Below are positions 50,187 to 63,284 of a DNA stretch of 64,000 bases, piece by piece; the first letter of the stretch is position 1, and each line of letters begins with the position of its first letter. Under the pieces are notes generated by a model. The model was given only the letters and a program-made list of their open reading frames with translations, was not told the origin of the DNA and did no database searches. A program made the translations under genes and the position numbers. Origin of the DNA: Octopus vulgaris (Eukaryota); assembly GCA_951406725.2 (NCBI GenBank), contig OX597816.1, positions 54,064,001-54,128,000 on the forward strand, in the 5' to 3' direction.

Positions 50187-50624
50187 CGCAGGAGTGGCTG
50201 TGTGGTAAGTAGCTTTGTTACCAACCACATGGTTCCGGGTTCAGTCCCACAGCGTGGCACCTTGGGCAATTGTCTTCTACTATAGCCTCGGGCCGACCAA
50301 AGCCTTGTGAGTGGATTTGGTAGACGGAAACTGAAAGAAGCCCGTCGCATGTATGTATATATATGTGTATGTGTGTGCGTGTATGTTTGTGTGTCTGGTG
50401 TGTTTATGTCCCCGTTACTTAGCGGTTCGGCAAAAGAGACCGATAGAATAAGTGCTGGGCTTTCAAAGAATAAGTCCCGGGGTCGAGTTGCTCGATTAAA
50501 GGCGGTGCTCCAGCATGGCCGCAGTCAAATGACTGAAACAAGTAAAAGAGTAAAAGAGTAAAGAGAGAGATACATGTGTGTGTGTGTATGTGTGTGTGTG
50601 TGTGCGCGCGTGCGCGCGTGTGTC

Positions 50625-52510
50625 CCATCAACAGTTAATGACCATACCAAAGTGGTAAAGTGGTATTGGTCATCAAGAGAAACTTTCTGATGAAAAATAT
50701 TGTAGACAGTCTTAATGACGATCCCGTGTCTCGCAGGAAGATATCTTGTAGACGTATTTGAACAGCTGCTGATTATATGAGTCATATCTCCCTGCCCTGG
50801 TATAAGCACAATCGATATTTCCTATTACCACGCGGTGCTCTAGAGGTATCCTTATCTCTCTTTTTGATCAGATATTTGGCAGCCCTCCTTTATTCTTAGC
50901 AAAGGCGTAGCTTCTAGATGAGATATGTATATATTTATCACAGGTCCAAAGTGAGGCTCTTATTTCTGTCAATGTTGTTGGTATCCTCTAACTTGTAAGC
51001 TGTGTACTCATACACAGTGTTCTGCATGTAAGATGAGTGTTTCCCTTAGCAACCACTCTTCATCCGCATGGAACAATTGTGCACACAAAGTGAGTATTCG
51101 GCTTTCACCTTGTGTTGTTATGACCTTCACTTCTGAGTATACACATGGTATATTCCTTTCTCCCTTTACCGTTCAGTAAATGTTGTCGAAGTGATACGAT
51201 GAGACAGTTAAACGACTTCTGAACTGACCTTATAATCTATTTCCGTTCCCCTCTTTAACAGATCCTGCCAGTGTCCCTTTTCATATAAAGCAAAATCGGC
51301 ACTGCGAAAGCATTGTGCGATATGATTTTAATCGAATGCAGACATCTCTGACTTCCATATCTTCCGAAATCTGTTGAAATATTCTTTTGTCATTCAAGAT
51401 TTACTCGCAACACCAACATATGCACCATTCTCACTAATTCCCAGGTATTTGTAACAGTCACGATTGGAGAGAGCAGAGACAGAAAAACGACTACTATCTA
51501 CACTTCTACTCTGGTTGGTAATTTTTCTTTGATTGACAACCGAATATGTATAGTTATTCTGGCTAAACAGCTATTTCCTATGAGAATGCTGCCACTATTC
51601 TGTCTTTTGGTGTCCTGAATATTACTGAAACAGTATAAGATTATGGAGTAAAGAGGTATGGCTAACATTTTCTTTCTCCTCAGCAGATTCTAATACGTAG
51701 TTTTGGCATTTCCTCAACTGGGATGTTTGTGAGAAGCTGTTTGGCACAACTTCAAACTCCAGCCGTCTTTTTGTTAGTTCAATGGTTATCGTATTTTGTT
51801 TCCGTTGTTAGTGAAATACATACAAAGAACCAATGCATACTTCATATATAATATCTAAGCAAGCCGGAGGCCTGTTGATTTTACCTCACACGTATCTCCT
51901 GGTCCTTAGAAATCAGCGTTGTCTCTACAACTTCCAGCCAGTTTGTCATATCCAACTAAATATCCATTGTTTTTTTTTTTAAATAAGTTGAGAATTTCCC
52001 TGTAGAATGTGAAAATTTTTATGATAATAGTCAACTATCAGTTTTCTCAGGTATGATTTGTCATTTGATAGTTTCCCGAAAACTGCGAGTAGAGTTTCAT
52101 TGTTATATAATGTTTTAGGACAGACGTTTACATCACGTTTCATATTCCATTTCTCATTTAACTGTACTGCTTGTTTATATTCCAGATTTAATTCCTCTCA
52201 ATCCAAGGTGATTCCATATCACCGGAGAGAGGAATATTTAAGGAGAACTAGCAATCACTAGCAATCTTGATGGCATAACCTTCCGTGTTGTGGGTTCAGA
52301 ACAAACTTATGGTTGAGAGTCTTAAGTTTGTGTAATGTCTTCCAACGACAAAATTTAGTGATATTTAAGGACAATCAATTTAGCTGACAATATATCTTGC
52401 AAGCAGTTCCTATAGATTATGGATTCTTTAATGAGGTCAATGTTGGAAGTTCTTGAATTCATTTTGAGAACCTGCCGTTTAGTTTGATATCAGCACCTGT
52501 CACCATGGCT
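50625..52510 (-). mobile_element. Heavily decayed R4/Dong-like retrotransposon
   Basis: DMTHIISSCSNTSTRYLPARHGIVIKTVY and YAFAKN...AKYLIK segments parallel 25748-26134. The upstream boundary is uncertain. Confidence 0.65.
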
Positions 52511-53339
52511 GCCTTCAACGGGATTCACTCTGCTGCAAATATTGGAGGCGAGGGTCAAGCCTCCGGTTTAATGATACCTTCCCCTCTATCCCCGCAGCCT
52601 CTGAGGCCCAGCAAAAAGTCATAAATATGGCCTTCCCTTCTGAATAAACCGTAAAAAAATCTGATATTGTCATTCCATCGTCCGACGACTTATTTTGGCC
52701 AGCGGTAATCCCTTTTGTTTGTGTCATATCGATCGATCTTTGTTGATCAATAATAATCACATCACAACAGGACAGCATTCAATGTAGAAAAACCGACAAC
52801 TTCAAATCTAAGTTATGCGTTATTTGCTGATTTGATCGGTCACTGATAACATCACGTCAGTAGGATTTCTATCATAATCTTTCATTTAGTGACATGTCTT
52901 CTTTACATCTGACTATTATTTGGGTTTTGAACTGTTTCTATTCTTCACTCATTTTTCTATGTTTATAAGTGACATCCGACACTCTAGTAACGGCGGTCAT
53001 CCTGTCTTAGTGGTATCATTGTTTTTGTTTTGGTCTTGCTATACTTTTTAGCAATATTTTTAACGTTTGGAGAATCTACAAGGCTTCTGCTTTTAGTTAC
53101 ACAGGATATATGTATATATAATAAAAATATTCTTATTAACTGGCCTCTGCAATTCTTGGCAGAGAAGAAGAAGAAGAAGAAGAAAAAGAAGAAGAAGAAG
53201 AGGAAAAAGAAGAAGGAGGAGGAGGAGAATAATAATAATGTAAGAGTGCCAGGATGTTAAATGGTCAAGTGCCCTGAAAGTGACTTGTTGTGGATGGTAG
53301 TAGTGATTGAATTCTTGAGCCATCTCTTTTGAATGTATT

Positions 53340-53600
53340 GTTTTTAATATTTGCGTAGGTGTTATTCTAAACAGATATCCCATGACCAGGTTAGCAAAGG
53401 CGGAGCCATTCTCGTAGCCATCGCAGTCCCCGATTTTTGTCGATAGAAGATGTCATTGAAGACGAAGTAGTTATTCTCCAAGATGAATTTTAGCCCTTCT
53501 ATCACGAATTCTTTTTTGATGCGATTTGGGATTTCGTTGGCGTAATTCTCTAGCCAGAATTGAATTGCCTCTATTTCTAGGTTGTGGGAGATATATTGTA
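53340..53600 (-). mobile_element. Penelope-like reverse transcriptase fragment
   Basis: [15 protein letters not shown]...[42 protein letters not shown], a PLE RT motif region. Truncated at a (TACA)n/(TA)n tract. Confidence 0.9.
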
Positions 53601-53663
53601 CATACATACATACATACATACATACATGCATACATACATACATACATACATACATACATACAT

Positions 53664-53728
<65 letters not shown>

Positions 53729-53843
53729 TACATACACATATATATATAATGTATATATGTATGTATGTATATATATGTGAATATAAATATATATATATAT
53801 ATAATATATTATATATTTATGTATATATATCATATATATATAA

Positions 53844-53902
<59 letters not shown>

Positions 53903-55116
53903 ATAGTATATGTTTTATATATATATATGTGTGTTTGTGTATATGTATGCATGTTTATATACTCACATATGTGCACAAACTGAAGCATACACACATATTT
54001 ATGTATGTGTGTGTGTGTATTTACATATCTATATTCATTGAAGAGAAAAAAATCAAATAAAACATTGATAAACGGGTAGGTAAATGATATTTGTCAGTAC
54101 TGTACTTATCTTTTCTCCACCCGAATCAGTATTCATAAAAGTAACCCCAATCTTCTAATCGCCGCTAGAATACACACAGAACACTTATCTATAGAGAAAT
54201 CGATTATTTTTCCATATATATGAAAATATTTGCATTCCTTTATAAAAGATCATGAATTTTGAGATGTGGGTAAAAATATATACGAAGCTGTTTTTTTTTA
54301 TTGTTTGTGTTCACCCTTTTAGCGATTTGGGTACTTATGTAAATAGCCTTTTGAATCTAAAAACTTCCAAGTATTAAATAACCATTCCGATCGATTTTCA
54401 GCGACACTGATCCTAAATTGTTGAATTCTTCAACCAAATAAAATTTGCTGATGATAATGTAAAACTCTTATTTCAGACAAGTACACACAACCAGATTCGA
54501 AAAGTGGCTTTAAAGAAAGTATTTCTTCATTTCTTTTTCGAGATGTTTCACTTTTAAATAGATGCAAGATTCAAGTCAATTTCATACATCACGCCAAACC
54601 GATTGGTGAGGAAATTTATCATTTCTCTTGTTCGAGGTATCTGGCCGACCAAGATATTTTTATAGTTTTCTTGCTTAATCAAAGATTTATTGCAGTTGGT
54701 TGGCTTAAAAATGCCGAAGAAGCGAGGCTAAAAAAGAAAATGATAGAATAAATGACACCAACTGCATATTTGCAGTCGCTACCGCCGTGATATGTTGCCG
54801 TAGTAAGTCGTTTAGTTAAAAAACTAGTAGTTCTGTTCTTAAATATCGGTGATAGTTTATACGACAAGGACCTAGCTGACAAGAAAAGGAAACCAGAAAA
54901 ATATTTTTAATGGCTGTTATTCGATGGTTTGCAGCTAACTTTTAGCTCAGATATTTTTTTAGAGTATTCACTATTCCGTAGCGGAGAAAGTATAAACCTT
55001 GTTTAGGATCACACTTATTATTGATAGCAACAGCCCGACACTTTCGTAATCATTAAATATCTTGGATATGCTAATAAACGATATCAGTATGTCAGGTGCA
55101 GCGTTATAATAATATA

Positions 55117-55533
55117 TATTTCTTTATTGCCCACAAGGGGCTAAACATAGAGGGGACAAACAAGGACAGACAAAAGGATTAAGTCGATTACATCGACCCC
55201 AGTGCGAAACTGGTACTTTATTTATCGACCCCGAAAGGATGAAAGGCAAAGTCGACCTCGGCGGAATTTGAACTCAGAACGTAACGACAAACGAAATACC
55301 TATTTCTTTATTACCCACAAAGGGCTAAACACAGAAAGGACAAACAAGGACAGACAAATGGATTAAGTCGATTACATCGACCCCAGTGCGTAGCTGGTAC
55401 TTATTTAATCGACCCCGAAAGGATGAAAGGCAAAGTCGACCTCGGCGGAATTTGAACTCAGAACGTAACGACAGACGAAATACCGCTAAGCATTTCGCCC
55501 GGCGCGCTAACGTGTCTGCCAGCTCGCCGCCTT
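55117..55533 (-). mobile_element. Dimeric Nin-SINE inserted as one unit
   Basis: One head plus two units with the same AAATAG|GTATTTCG junction (~55300). A 16-bp TSD GCGTTATAATAATATA flanks it at 55101-55116 and 55534-55549. Confidence 0.92.
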
Positions 55534-57273
55534 GCGTTATAATAATATAAGCAAGTTAAAAGAAGCCGAGGACTAAAAACATTCCAAAGCATACTTCAGC
55601 TAATTTATAAAGAATACCAAAACAGACTTTTATCTTTTACTTGTTTCAGCCATTAAGACAGCGGTCATGCTGGGGCACCGCCTGGAAGAAGTTTCAGTCG
55701 AATGAATCAATGCCAGTAGTTGTTTGTTTTTAAAGCCTGGTCTGGTCCTTAGTATTCTTTTAACGAACCATTACGTTACAGAGATGTGAACGCATCAGCA
55801 CCGGTTGTCAATCGGTGGCAGGGAACACACACAGACGTAAGGACACACACACATGTAACACACACATACACATACACAAACACACAGCACGCACAACACA
55901 CATTACACACACACTCATACGACATGCTTCTTTCAGTTTCTTTCTACCAAATCCGCTCACAAGTCTTTAGTCGATCCGAGGCAAGAGTAGAAGACACTTT
56001 CCCAAAATACCATGCAGTGGGACTGAACCCGGAACCATGTAGTTTACAAGCAAACTTCTTAATACACAGTTACACCTGTGCCTATATGGATTTCTAAAGA
56101 TACTCTTATTTTGAATTAATTGGCAGTTAAACCTAATCAGGATATTGGTGTCAATTTTATGACGACAGTGGTAAACCACCTAGCATTAAAAAACAGTTGC
56201 TTTGTTAATGAATCTAATGAGTATTTTTTATTTTTTTTCTAGTTTCTGTTTATATATTTTCATAATTTTACTGACAACAAACTTATTTTTAATGAAAGAA
56301 CTTAATCACCAATAACAAAGACACGATGAAGCATTCTTTAAGAAATGTTCAATCTTTTAATATTCAGTAAATGAACGCAGAAGGTTAAATGTTTTACCAC
56401 GCAATTTCTTTGACAAATGATTCATCTGCTTTCAACATAACCTTTGACCTTTGACCAATTCCATTCATTTGCTACAAATGTCTAACTTAAAATAAATGTT
56501 CATTTTTATCAAACAATGAATAAATATATTGGTTCCTGGTGCAAGACCATTAATGTGGTTAAGAGGCTCATTTTGGTGTCACATTGTGATGGTGATGCCA
56601 TTTTCAACCATATTGCCTGGCACCTTGGGCAAGTATCTTCTTTTACATAGTCTACGGCTAGTCAACACTTTGAGTTTGACATTGGCTAGACATCATCTAT
56701 TCAAAATCTCTATATACACACAGGCGCGGGCGCGGGCGCGGGCGCGCGCGTGTGTATGTATGTATACTTTCTTTTCTTTCTTTCTTTTACTTGTTTCAGT
56801 CATTTGACTGCGGCCATGCTGGAGCACCGCCTTTAATCGAGCAACTCGACCCCGAGACTTATTCTTTTGTAAGCCCAGTACTTATTCTATCGGTCTCTTT
56901 TGCCGAGCCGCTAAGTAACGGAGACATAATCACACCAGCATCGGTTGTCAAGCAATGCTAGGGGACAAACACAGACACACAAACACACACACGCATATAT
57001 ATACGTATACATATATACGACGGGCTTCTTTTAGTTTCCGTCTACCAAATCCACTCACAAGGCTTTGGTCGGCCCGAAGCTATAGTAGAAGACACTTGCC
57101 CAAGTGAACTCGGAACCATGTGGTTGGTAGACAAGCTACTTACCACACAGCCACTCCTGCGCCTATATGTATGTATAATTTTTCTTCGAGTTTTATTCAA
57201 GTTCTTGAGAGAATTCAAGCCGGTCGCTAACAAAACAAGACGTTTTAAGTTGAGTTCCTGGTATTTGTATATA

Positions 57274-58812
57274 CAGCCTTGGCCAAAAGTATTAGGCCAC
57301 CTCAATATTTTGGGGTTCTGTTATCTCAATGCTAATGAAACTCGTGCAAATGGTAGATTATGGTATATTTCACAATATACATTAGTTTTAACATCTAGTT
57401 GACCCTCCTTTAGCAGCAATTTACCGCTTTTATACTGTAGTGTACATATGCAACCAATTATGAGTAAGACCAACGTCCAAAATGAACCTATGTTTCTTTG
57501 ATTATATCAGAGTTTTATACTAAAATATGTTGTAGATAAAATTAATAAACAGTAAAATGCCTAAAACAAGTGAGTTGAGTGAGTGTGAGCGAGGTCAAAT
57601 CGTAGCTCATCATGAAGATGGTATGTCTCAAAGGCAAATTGCTCAGATGAAATGTTCTCGATGTGCGGTGCAAACGACTCTCAAGCGAAGCGCTTCAGAG
57701 AGACAAAAGATGTGAAGACAATACAAAGAACAGGTACAAAAACTGTTACATCACCTCGTGATGACAAATCCATCACCTGTCAGTGGCTCAGAAACAGGCG
57801 AAAAACACTGTCGGAGTTCTGTGCGGACTTCAATTAGGCAAGTACTTCACAAATATCAACCATTACAGTTAGAAGAAGGCTTGTAGAGTATGGTCTGAAA
57901 GGCTGTAAAGCCAGGAAAAAGCCATGGGTTTCTGAAGCGAGTATGGGAAAACGTCTTCGGTGGGCCAAAAACCACTCAAATTGGACCAGTGAGCAATGGT
58001 CGAAAATCATATGGCCTGAAGTAAGATAGTACATGTATTTAATCAACATACAAACTTAATGTAACTGGTTGTTTTCCCAAAATATATAAAAAAAGTATCC
58101 GACATAAAGCTAATATTAGTTTTCTTGTTTTTACTCAGGTTTTCAGTAGATCTGGTGCAACTTTCGTGCGTCGTAGAGTTGGGGAAGCATTTAAGGCTGA
58201 ATGTCTGGTACCAACCGTAAATTATGGGGTGGATCTAGACATTAGTGTGGGCCTGCATGTCTACCATAGGACCGGGAGAAATATTTTTATGTCAGAGAAG
58301 GATGAATTCAGCTACCTATGTTTCTATGTTATTGGATGTTTTAGAGGCACCAATTTTTAAATTGCATCCAGGAGTGTCGAAAAATAGTGTTATCTTTCAA
58401 CAGGACAACGCTCCATGTCATACAGCAAAGAATACTCATCAATGGTTTGAGTCAAAAGGTATTGTTCCCATGGATTGGCCAGCTCAAAGTCCCTATCTAA
58501 ATCCAATCGAACACCTATGGGGAACTCTTGGTGAAGCTATCAGGAACACAACAATTAGAAATAAAGAGCATTTGTACCAAAAAGTTGAGAGAAGAATGGA
58601 GTAAAATTGTGCCTAGCACCTACAAGAAACTAGTTGATTCAATGCCCAACCCTATAAAAGCAGTAATTGATGCTAAAGGAGCGTCAACCAGATGTCAAAA
58701 CTAATGTATACTGTGAAATATATTATAATCTACCATGTGCACGGGTTTCATTAACATTGAGATATCAGAACTCCAAAACATTGGGTTGGCGTAATACTTT
58801 TGGCCAAGGCTG
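57274..58812 (+). mobile_element. Tc1 (DD34E) transposon with ~115-bp TIRs, TA TSD, a disrupted transposase and a predicted intron
   Basis: CAGCCTTGGCCAAAAGTATT... TIRs. ATG at 57557 gives MPKTSELSECERGQIV (HTH). FQQDNAPCH-x-WPAQSPYLNPIEHLW has 34 residues between D and E. Frameshifts present. Confidence 0.95.
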
Positions 58813-59055
58813 TATGTAGTTGAGTCGTTCTGTTGGCTGAACAGTCGATACAGTCACCTTAGTATGTGCATCTATTCACTTAAGAATCTCTCATGCAGAC
58901 TTTTTGGAATGTCTTACATATTTTCACTATGCCACTAATAGATTGGATTGGGAGAATCTGTGTCAGTTTCTTTTGCTTTTTTTCCGTGAAACCGAGTATT
59001 TCTAGATTTTTCTGCTAATTTGTAGGTACGTAACCTAATACAATTGTGGTGATAG

Positions 59056-61277
59056 CAGCCATGTAGCCAGCTGATTGCAACTGGGGGTGCTATCTTGATA
59101 GGTGGGGTGCTGAACAAGTGTACGGACAAAAGCTCCTACTCAAAGTGTGAAAGTGGACAAAAGCCCCATGCTTATATTTTTCGGTTATTTTTTCGTTTTT
59201 TGCCACATTTCTATTCTTTCAGTCTCGGAGAGTAAATTAATATTATTTGTATTATTTATGGAATTAGTCTTATTCTAAAAACCACATTCGAGTATCAGTA
59301 CTTTATTATAATAGGGTGTGCTTTGTTAAAGGAACACAAATCAGATGAAATACTGCATAAATATACTAATTGTTTTTAAACCAAATTATAACAATTAGTG
59401 GGTGACTGCATATATGGAGGGAACATATCTTTATTATCAAGCATGATGGCCAGCTATTGTCTTCAAGAGAGATCACGGTAAGTTTACCACTACACAGCCA
59501 CGTAGCCGGCCGATTGCAACTGGGGGTGCTATCTTGATAGCTGGGGGTGCTGAACAGGGGTACGGACAAAAGCTCCTACTTAAAGTGTGAAAGTGGACAA
59601 AAGCCCCATGCTTATATTTTTCGTTTTTTTTTTCCATATTTCTTGACTCCTAACCTGGTCAAAACTTCTGATATATTTCGTTTTTATTTTCATTTTATTT
59701 GTTGCAATCATTAAACTGAGGCCATGCTGGGGCATCACCTCGAATAATTTTTAGTCGAATCTATCGACTCCAATATTTTAAAAATGATTTTCAACAAGCA
59801 CATAGTTAAGCCTAAAAGTTCTTTCTACATGCTAGAGATAACAGCCAAATCTTTAAACATTATTTTTATATAATTTCAAATAAACATCGACCACGACTGT
59901 GTCTTCTCAACAATTCGATGATTTCGTTTTGCATTGCTGCTGAGTTGTAGGTCGCAATTTTTGGAATCGTGCTGTAACATTCCATTAGCTTTGAGTCTTC
60001 CTCTAATGTGTACAGAAATAATTTCATAACAAAGATCCCGAAAAGATTCATTTTCGTTTCTTCGAAAAGGCAATTCGTTTGCACAAAGAAAATGAACAAT
60101 ATTAACAATGGAACTGATATAATAACGGTTTTTGCTCAACTGATCATTTTGCAAGATTGAAGATACGGATGTTGTTGTGGATAAACGCTATTGGCGTCCC
60201 TTTGTTTTTTTCTTTTGCATGATGCCAATTAGAATATCCATTTTTAATAAAACAATTACCAGATTGAGCAGAAGTATTAAAGTGCCGACAAGCAAAACAA
60301 AACAAGGCTTTCTTTGAAAGAGAATACTCTAACCATGGACGACCAGTATACCAGATTGACGAGAAGTCACATCTCTGATTTCCATAAATTTTTGGATCAA
60401 ACTTTGCTAGAACTGGCTGCACTGGTTGGCAGTCGACCTGTCCTAGATCATCCAATAAAGGTGTCAAAGACTTTGCAAGACCTCCCTTGAGCTGCGAAAC
60501 TTCGTTTGCAATTCTCTTCTGTTTGGCATTATTAAATGAATCAGAATGGAAATTCAGCAATGATTGCTTCAGTTTTCTTTTTCGGTAAAGGTTTATTATT
60601 TTTAGGCACCGATATTTGCAATAATTAATTCTAAGGTAGAATATCGTAGTAAGAGTAACAATTTCTTAAAATTTATGCATTTTAAAATTAAACTCGAAAG
60701 ATATTTCAGTTCAAGCAGTTTTTTTTTCAATTTCTTCAAAGTTATGCTTTTTTAGTTAAACACAAAATAATTTCAGTATAAACTTTGTTTAAAGAGTAAG
60801 AAAAATTATTCAGTGAAAGTTCTCGCTTGAAAAATACTTTCTGAATCTATATTTTGGGAAATTTCAAAAATTTTCTTTCCTTTTTCGCGAATAATAATCC
60901 TCTCTGACCAGTAGAAATAAAATGACTTTTTAATGTCCGTCTCTGTTCATATATATACGTGTGTAGTGATGCGTTTACTACCATAAATCTCTAACTACAG
61001 CAACAATTCTTCACATACTTTTCAACAGCAACAACGACAATCACCAGCACCGCTGTCGCCACCACGAGCACCACCACCACAACAAAAACAACTGACCCAG
61101 CATCACCCAACTGACCAGCTCTAATTTACTCACATTTTCATATCACTAACTACGAAATCAAAAGAAATTCAATTTATTGCATCTTTAGCGACTTCAGATA
61201 TTGCTTGTGGTGGAGGGGTTGAGATTCTAACTGGGGGTGCTGAGCACCCCATACCCCACCCCGTAGCTACGTGCCTG
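59056..61277 (-). mobile_element. Internally deleted hAT transposon (ZMYM1-like, TTF zinc finger + DUF4371)
   Basis: WYTGRPWLEYSLSKKALFCFACRHF..GYSNW and FLCANELPFR..ESF motifs. TIR CAG(C/G)CA(C/T)GTAGC. 8-bp TSD GGTGATAG (59048-59055) / GGTGACAG (61278-61285). Confidence 0.88.
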
Positions 61278-61677
61278 GGTGACAGGTACAAATGAGAATT
61301 TATAGTCAGAGTACAAGAGCTGTAAGTTCCGCTTTAATTCGCTGTAAATGTTTTCTTTTACCTGAACTTTTGATTGTAGATCCGCATCCGTTTTGAAGCT
61401 GACTTCTACAGCAGTGCATGTCCACGGAACAATATCAGGTATTTATTGAGGTGTTCCACCAGTATTTCTTGTTTTTTAAAGGTGTAAATACATCTGTTTT
61501 CTGATGTGTCTTTGATGTATACATCATAATTCCTCATCTCTTAAGTATAGAACGGACCTTTGAAGCCTAGTACTTATTCTATCGATCTCTTTTGCCGAAC
61601 CGCTAAGTCACGGGGACGTGAACACACCAGCATCGGTTGTCAAGCGATGTTAGGGGGACATACATAGACACACAAAC

Positions 61678-61771
<94 letters not shown>

Positions 61772-61905
61772 GATGGGCTTCTTTCAGTTTCCATCTACAA
61801 ATCCCGAGGCTATAGTAAAAGACACTTGCCAAGGTGCCACGCAGTGGGACCGAACCCAGAACCATGTGGTTGGTAAGCAAGCTACTTACCACACAGTCAC
61901 TCCTG

Positions 61906-62082
61906 CCGTCTGCCGTTACGTTCTGAGTTCAAATTCCGCCGAGGTCGACTTTGCCTTTCATCCTTTCAGGGTCGATAAATAAAGTACCAGTTACGCACTG
62001 AGGTCGATGTAATCGACTTCATCCGTTTGTCTGTCCTTGTTTGTCCGCTCTGTGTTTAGCCCCTTGTGGGTAGTAAAGAAAT
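61906..62082 (+). mobile_element. 5'-truncated Nin-SINE fused to the head of an inverted family A SINE
   Basis: The junction CACTCCTGC|CGTCTGCCGTTACG has no spacer. Confidence 0.8.
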
Positions 62083-62309
62083 ATATATATATATATTTGA
62101 TTAATTTCATGCCTCAAGGACACACACACACACACACACAGCCACACACACACACCACACATAAGTGAGCTTGGAAGAATATATATAAGACCCTTGCTAC
62201 GACGAAAATGTTTTTAGACTTGTGTTTTCATATGATGTAGCTCTTGTAGCTAATTCTTTCCTTCCCATATAAAGGAAATAAAATCAATTCCATCGCTTCT
62301 TTTGATGAT

Positions 62310-63033
62310 GAAATAGTAGATATGATCGCCAAGGCTTGTGATGTCTTTGGAAAGCAGCGAGTAAAAGTCTACAATGCGAGAGGATTGAGTTTAGAAAGCA
62401 TAATCTTAGTTTACTGTAAAGTTGTAATCTCAACATTGCTGAATGGGTCTGAATCGTGTATACCAAATAGAAAACCTATCAAACAGCTAAATACTTTCCC
62501 AAAATGATGTCTTAGAAATATTTGTGGTTTCACTGGGAAAGACAAAATGTCTGATGAACAGCTGTTTCATAAACGTGACATGCAAAGCAAAACAGCGTTC
62601 TTGATGCTGTCTCAGTTAAGATGGGCTGGCCATGTTGCTTGGATGAATGATGGAAGGCTACCGAAAATTCTCACTTATGGCCATCTTCAAACGGGAGTAC
62701 GAAATATAAGGAAGACCCCTTCTTAGATACAAGAATAAGCTGAAGAGGAATATACGAAGCATATTGGAATTGAAGCACAAGAATTTGAGAAATGTGCTGT
62801 TGGACGTAACGGATGGAGGAAGATCTCTCAAAGTGGCATCATGAGCCATTTCGATAGAAGGGTTGAGCGCGTAACTCAAAAGAATGCAGTTCTGTGTGCA
62901 AAGGATGCCGTCTGGTTTGCAAAGAACAAGCAGGTTTAGTGTCTCACAGAAGACACAAAAGCCAAAATCTGGAGTAAAAATGAAAGTCAAATTCTTTGAC
63001 TTTTGTGCGTCGAATACAACGAGAGACAGACGG

Positions 63034-63035
<2 letters not shown>
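62310..63035 (+). mobile_element. RTE (BovB-like) LINE 3' remnant ending in (GA)n
   Basis: VYCKVVISTLLNGSES, CLRNICG, QLRWAGHVAWMNDGRLPKILTYGHL and GRPLLRYKNKLK motifs. Confidence 0.88.
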
Positions 63036-63118
<83 letters not shown>

Positions 63119-63206
63119 GGGAGAGAGAGAGAGAAAGAGAGATAGAGAGCAAGAGAGAAACGAAAGAGTGTTCATCATGTATGTATATGTATGTATGTGT
63201 GTATAT

Positions 63207-63248
<42 letters not shown>

Positions 63249-63284
63249 TATATATGTATGTGTATCTATGTATACATATATTTA

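Noticed and set aside
59760-60570. Host ZMYM1-like gene
   Set aside because: Frameshifted, truncated and enclosed by TIRs and an 8-bp TSD; a hAT transposase remnant.
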